From: an uncultured Phycisphaerales bacterium
GTDB lineage: Bacteria; Planctomycetota; Phycisphaerae; Tepidisphaerales; Tepidisphaeraceae
Reading direction: 5' to 3'
DNA: 64,000 nucleotides
NCBI GenBank assembly: GCA_963844715.1
Contig: CAWJPJ010000007.1
Coordinates: forward strand, 96,001 to 160,000
Both the position numbers and the translations under genes were made by a program. A model generated the notes under the pieces. The model did no database searches and was not told where the DNA came from. It saw nothing but the letters and a program-made list of their open reading frames with translations. The stretch's first letter is position 1. Every line of letters begins with the position of its first letter. Shown here one piece after another: positions 60,224 through 64,000 of the stretch.

Positions 60224-62193
60224 ATCGTCTCGCACCAGGTACGCCATATCTGGCGGTAGCAGGACTCGATGTTGCGAGCAAATCGCGCGGCGTCGCAGAG
60301 CGGGGAATCGAGGATGCGCTGCCTAAGGGTGCGGCGCAAATCCGCCAGGCGCGGCCGGTCGGCGCATAGATCGATAATTATCTTCACGTACTCGTCAGCC
60401 GTTCGGGCGACCAATTCCGACAGGCCGAGGTTGCCTAACTGGCTGAGCCCGGCCCGGCCGACGGCCGTCTGGCCCGTCAGGGTTACCACTGGCACTCCCA
60501 TCCAAAGGGCGTCCAGACTGGTCGTATGTCCGTTGTAGGGAAACGTCTCCAAGCCCAGGTCGATGCGGCGATAGACTTGCAGGTAGTCGCTGCGCCGCTG
60601 TCGGTCGACCCATTCCAATCGATCGGGCGCGATGTCCCGGCGACGAAGCGTATCGGTGACCCGCTGCCGGGCGCTTCCTCGCGGCCCGAGGAGAATGAGC
60701 CGCGACCGTGGTACTTGGCGCAGAACTTTCGCCCAAAGTTCCAGAACCCCGTCGTTCACCTTGCAGAAATTGTTCAAACAGCCGAAGGTGATGAATCCGT
60801 TTAGCACAGCGGGCGGCGGACCGACAGCGTCGGCCGGCGCCTCCATCGCTTCGGGGTCGTAACACCAGAAACTGTCGGGGAGGCGAATCGACTTCTCGCG
60901 GTGCAAAGAATCGCTCTGGCCGGGCGGATCGAGATGCGGATCGGTCAATCGGTAATCCATCGTGTCGAGTCCCGTTCCAGCGGGGTATCCACCGAAGGTG
61001 ACTTGCACAGGCGCGGGTTTGCGCAAAGACAAGCAAGCGGTTGCCGGCCATGTGCAGCGTGAGATCCACCAAAATATCGATCCGGTCCCGTCGAATTTGA
61101 TTGGCAAGCTCAGTGTCGGAAACGCGGACAATGTCGCACCAGCCGCGTGCGTTCCGACGAAACTCATCGGTGATCCTGTCGGGACGGAGCACATGCGCGT
61201 AACAGAAGATCTCAAATTGCTCGCGATCATGATGCCGGAACAGCGGCAAAAGATTTCGTCCCACGACGTGGTCCCGGAAATCAGCCGAAACATAGCCGAT
61301 GCGCAGGGGCGCTCCGGAGAACGGTCGTTGAAGTGAGCCTGAATGAATTTCCGCAGCGGCTCGGCGTGCTGTCGGCTCCAAAGCTGGTGCTCGGCGGCGA
61401 TCATGCCGGCGTCGCAGCCGGGGAGAAAGTGCAGTGTGTAAACGAGATTGCCGTGGACCCCGGCGAAGTCGGGCTTGAGCGCCACGGCCTTGCGAAAAGC
61501 GGCGATGGCCTCATTGAGCTGCCCCATCTCTTTCAGGGCGTTGCCGAGGTTGCCGAATGCATCCGGGTGATTGGGTTTGAGCAGGATGGCCTGACGATAG
61601 GCGGCAACGGCTTCGTCGTATTGCTCGTTCTCTCTCAGGGCGTTGCCGAGATTGTAGTGGGCGTCGACAAAATCGCCTTTAAGGGCAATGGCGCGGCGAA
61701 GCGCCGAAATGGCCTCTGTGTATTGCCCCATTTCCGTCAGGGCGTTGCCGAGATTGCTGTGGGGTTCGGGGTAATTGGGATTCAGCGCGATGGCTTTGCG
61801 ATACGCGGCGATGGCCTCTTCGAGGTGTCCTTTCGCTTTCAAAGCGTTGCCGAGATTATTGTGAGCGTCGGGAAAGTTGGGATCGAGGGCAATGGCCTGT
61901 CGCAGCGCGGCGATCGCGTCATCGTGTTTTCCCAGGTCGTTCAACACAGTGCCGAGGTTGCCGTAGGCTTGAAAATAATTGGGTTGGAGGGAGATGGCCC
62001 GACGAATCAATTGCACCGCAAGCTCGCTCCGCCCGGTTTGATAGGCAATGACTCCCAGATATTGGATTGCGCCCGCGTGCTGCGGCTGGCGGACGAGTAT
62101 TTGCTGATAAAGCTTTTCCGCTTCCTGGAAACGCCCCGACTGATGGCGCTGCAGGGCAAGTTCAAACGCTTTTTGGATCGAGGGTCCGCTCAT
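60220..62193 (-). CDS. TPR + GT41 SPINDLY-like protein O-glycosyltransferase 3 (frameshifts near 61305 and 61025)
   Basis: TPRs, alternative-frame RIGYVSADFRDHVVG...IDILVDL..H, KPAPVQ, FGCLNNFCK, PYNGHTTSLDALWMGVP. Confidence 0.87.
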   Translation of the reverse strand: MSGPSIQKAFELALQRHQSGRFQEAEKLYQQILVRQPQHAGAIQYLGVIAYQTGRSELAVQLIRRAISLQPNYFQAYGNLGTVLNDLGKHDDAIAALRQAIALDPNFPDAHNNLGNALKAKGHLEEAIAAYRKAIALNPNYPEPHSNLGNALTEMGQYTEAISALRRAIALKGDFVDAHYNLGNALRENEQYDEAVAAYRQAILLKPNHPDAFGNLGNALKEMGQLNEAIAAFRKAVALKPDFAGVHGNLVYTLHFLPGCDAGMIAAEHQLWSRQHAEPLRKFIQAHFNDRSPERPCASAMFRLISGTTSWDEIFCRCSGIMIASNLRSSVTRMCSVPTGSPMSFVGTHAAGATLSAFPTLSLPIKFDGTGSIFWWISRCTWPATACLSLRKPAPVQVTFGGYPAGTGLDTMDYRLTDPHLDPPGQSDSLHREKSIRLPDSFWCYDPEAMEAPADAVGPPPAVLNGFITFGCLNNFCKVNDGVLELWAKVLRQVPRSRLILLGPRGSARQRVTDTLRRRDIAPDRLEWVDRQRRSDYLQVYRRIDLGLETFPYNGHTTSLDALWMGVPVVTLTGQTAVGRAGLSQLGNLGLSELVARTADEYVKIIIDLCADRPRLADLRRTLRQRILDSPLCDAARFARNIESCYRQIWRTWCETI

Positions 62194-62207
62194 GACGTAG
62201 CGGCAAA

Positions 62208-63889
62208 TTATTCCCAATCGCCGTGGCGGCGAGCGACTTTGCCGTCGCGGTTGACCCACAGCATGCGGAAGCCGAAGAAAGCGGCGAACAGATACCCCAT
62301 CAGGCCGAATACGGAAACGCCGTGAATCCGCGGCGGCATGTCGTGGGCGATCAGCACCGCCGACCCGATCAACAGAGAACTGATGAACATCCCCACGACC
62401 ACGCGATTGGCGGCGGATTTGAGATGCTGATGCTCCAGCGAAATCGAAAATTTTCCGCGCTCGAGTCTATCGATTGTGTTCGTGATGGCTTTGGGGATCG
62501 CCTCGGCGGTGCGCTGCCAATCCTGCCAGAGCCGGCGGAAATCCTTCAGGCGCGCTTTCTTGGACAGTCGCATGCGCACGTATTTTTCCCGCCACGGTTC
62601 GAGCAATTCCGCCAGGTTAAATCCGGGGTTGAGCAGGCGGCTGGTTCCCTCGAGCAGCATCAGACATTTAATCAGCATCGAGAAATTCCCCGGCAGGATC
62701 AGGCCGTGCTGATGGAGAATTTCCGTCATGGCGTTGAGCGCGCCGCTGATGTTGAAACTTCCGACGGACTGGACGCCGTAATCCTCGAAGAGTTCGGTTA
62801 GATCGGAACTGAGGGCGTTGCGATTGAGTTCATCGGGCGTGCCGCAGACGCGCAGGACGGCGTCCGTCAGCCGCTGCGCGTCGCGGTCGGCGGCGGCGAG
62901 CAGGATGTCCACGATCTGCCGCCGCGCGTCCTCGTCGATGCGCCCGACCATGCCCGCGTCCAGAAGTCCGATTTTTCCGCCGCGCATGACCACGAAATTG
63001 CCCGGGTGCGGATCGGCATGATAAAATCCGTCGCGGAAAATCATCTCGATAAAAACATTCGCGCCGCGCCGCGCCAGTTCCTCCCGGTCGATCTTCATTT
63101 CTTCCAGGGCCTTGGAGTCGGTCAAGGCGCATCCGCTCAGGCGGCGCATCGTCAGCACGCGCCCTGTTGAAAGCTCGGGATACGGCCGCGGAAAGACGAC
63201 CGTTTCGTCCTTGTCAAAATTCCGCCGGAACGCCTGCAGATTCCGCATCTCGCGGCGGAAATCGAGTTCGTTCAGAAGCATGCGGCTGAATTGGCGGATC
63301 AGTTCCGCCGGCTGGAAGGCGCGCATGCGCTCGTTTTTCTCGGCGATGTCGGCTAGAAATCGCAGGATGTCGAGGTCCCGGCGGATGGTCCCCTCGATGC
63401 CGGGATGTTGGACTTTGACGACGACGTTGCGTCCGTTGCGTAGTTTCGCCCAATGAACCTGCCCGATGGACGCCGACGCCGCGGCGGCGCCCTCAAATTC
63501 GGCGTAACACTCGCTGACCGGCCGGCCCAATTCCGTCTGCACGATTCCCGCCGCGATCTCCGGCGCGTCGGGCGCCCGCCCGCCTGGAGCTTGCTCAATT
63601 CGTCCGCCATCGGCTTGCCGACCAGGTCCGGGCGCGTGCTCAGCATCTGCCCAAGCTTGATGAAGGTCGTCCCAAGATCCGTCAGCGCCAGGCGGAAACG
63701 CGCCTCGAACGGCAGATCGGTCAGCACTTCGCCGGCGTGGCTGCGCAGGGCGTTGTGGATCGGCTCCCATTCGATTTCGGTGAGCCACATGGCCAGACCA
63801 TATTTGGCCAGCACGCGCGCCACTTCCGCGGCGCGGGCCAGATCCCCGGCAAATCGAAACCGGGAACGGATCATCGAGGGTAATTGCAT
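62208..63889 (-). CDS. AarF/ABC1/UbiB-family kinase (frameshift near 63580)
   Basis: LG.TFIKLGQ.LSTRPDL, ASIGQVH, VVKVQ.P, ELDF..E, G.YHADPHPGN, D.GMVG, two C-terminal TMs. Confidence 0.9.
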
Positions 63890-63942
63890 CGCCTGCCCGG
63901 TCGAAGGAACTGAATTTCATCGCCTGCTGATCGCCCGCCGGC

Positions 63943-64000
63943 CTAATTCTTGGGCTTGCGGCGCGTCGCCGGCTTCTTCTTGTCGTTCGTCCCCGCCAAA
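63943..64000 (-). CDS. 3' end of a gene entering from outside the window
   Basis: Minus-strand frame reads ...LAGTNDKKKPATRRKPKN-TAG. Confidence 0.35.
   Translation of the reverse strand, partial: LAGTNDKKKPATRRKPKN

Noticed and set aside
58..63889. Numerous Arg/Pro/Ala-rich alternative-frame ORFs in the track
   Set aside because: Expected shadow ORFs in high-GC DNA, overlapping well-supported genes and lacking motifs.
1..64000. Widespread pseudogenisation or programmed frameshifting
   Set aside because: Indels are scattered, often in homopolymer or GC runs, hit essential genes (plsY, tkt, serA) and are not accompanied by nonsense decay. Sequencing error is the simplest explanation.

Overview
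High-GC bacterial chromosome segment. Gene content and protein style (PATQP/TTQP linkers, ECF sigma with fused TM extension, DUF4159 protein, stand-alone gatB, many TPR-enzyme genes) suggest Planctomycetota, probably Phycisphaerae/Tepidisphaerales-like; this is inference. Roughly two dozen single-base frameshifts, including in essential genes, point to an error-prone long-read assembly, so many ORF-track entries are fragments or false fusions. The window holds housekeeping genes (tal, tkt, serA, plsY, thiSG, rsmG, csrA, dnaN, dciA-like, asnB, rpoN, rpmE, gatB) and a well-supported replication origin upstream of dnaN (DnaA boxes plus DnaA-trios, no adjacent dnaA). Best novelty candidates: (1) three tandem TadG-like pseudopilins whose C-terminal domains resemble the LecA/PA-IL lectin, two with sigma28-like promoters, next to a GH4 alpha-galactosidase; (2) GC skew around the origin that appears inverted; (3) pervasive leaderless-type promoters; (4) several eukaryote-like enzymes (GT3 glycogen synthase, animal-type transketolase, three SPINDLY-like GT41); (5) an uncharacterised three-gene envelope operon. 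No rRNA, tRNA, CRISPR array or transposase was seen. All family assignments come from motif recognition by eye, not database searches.
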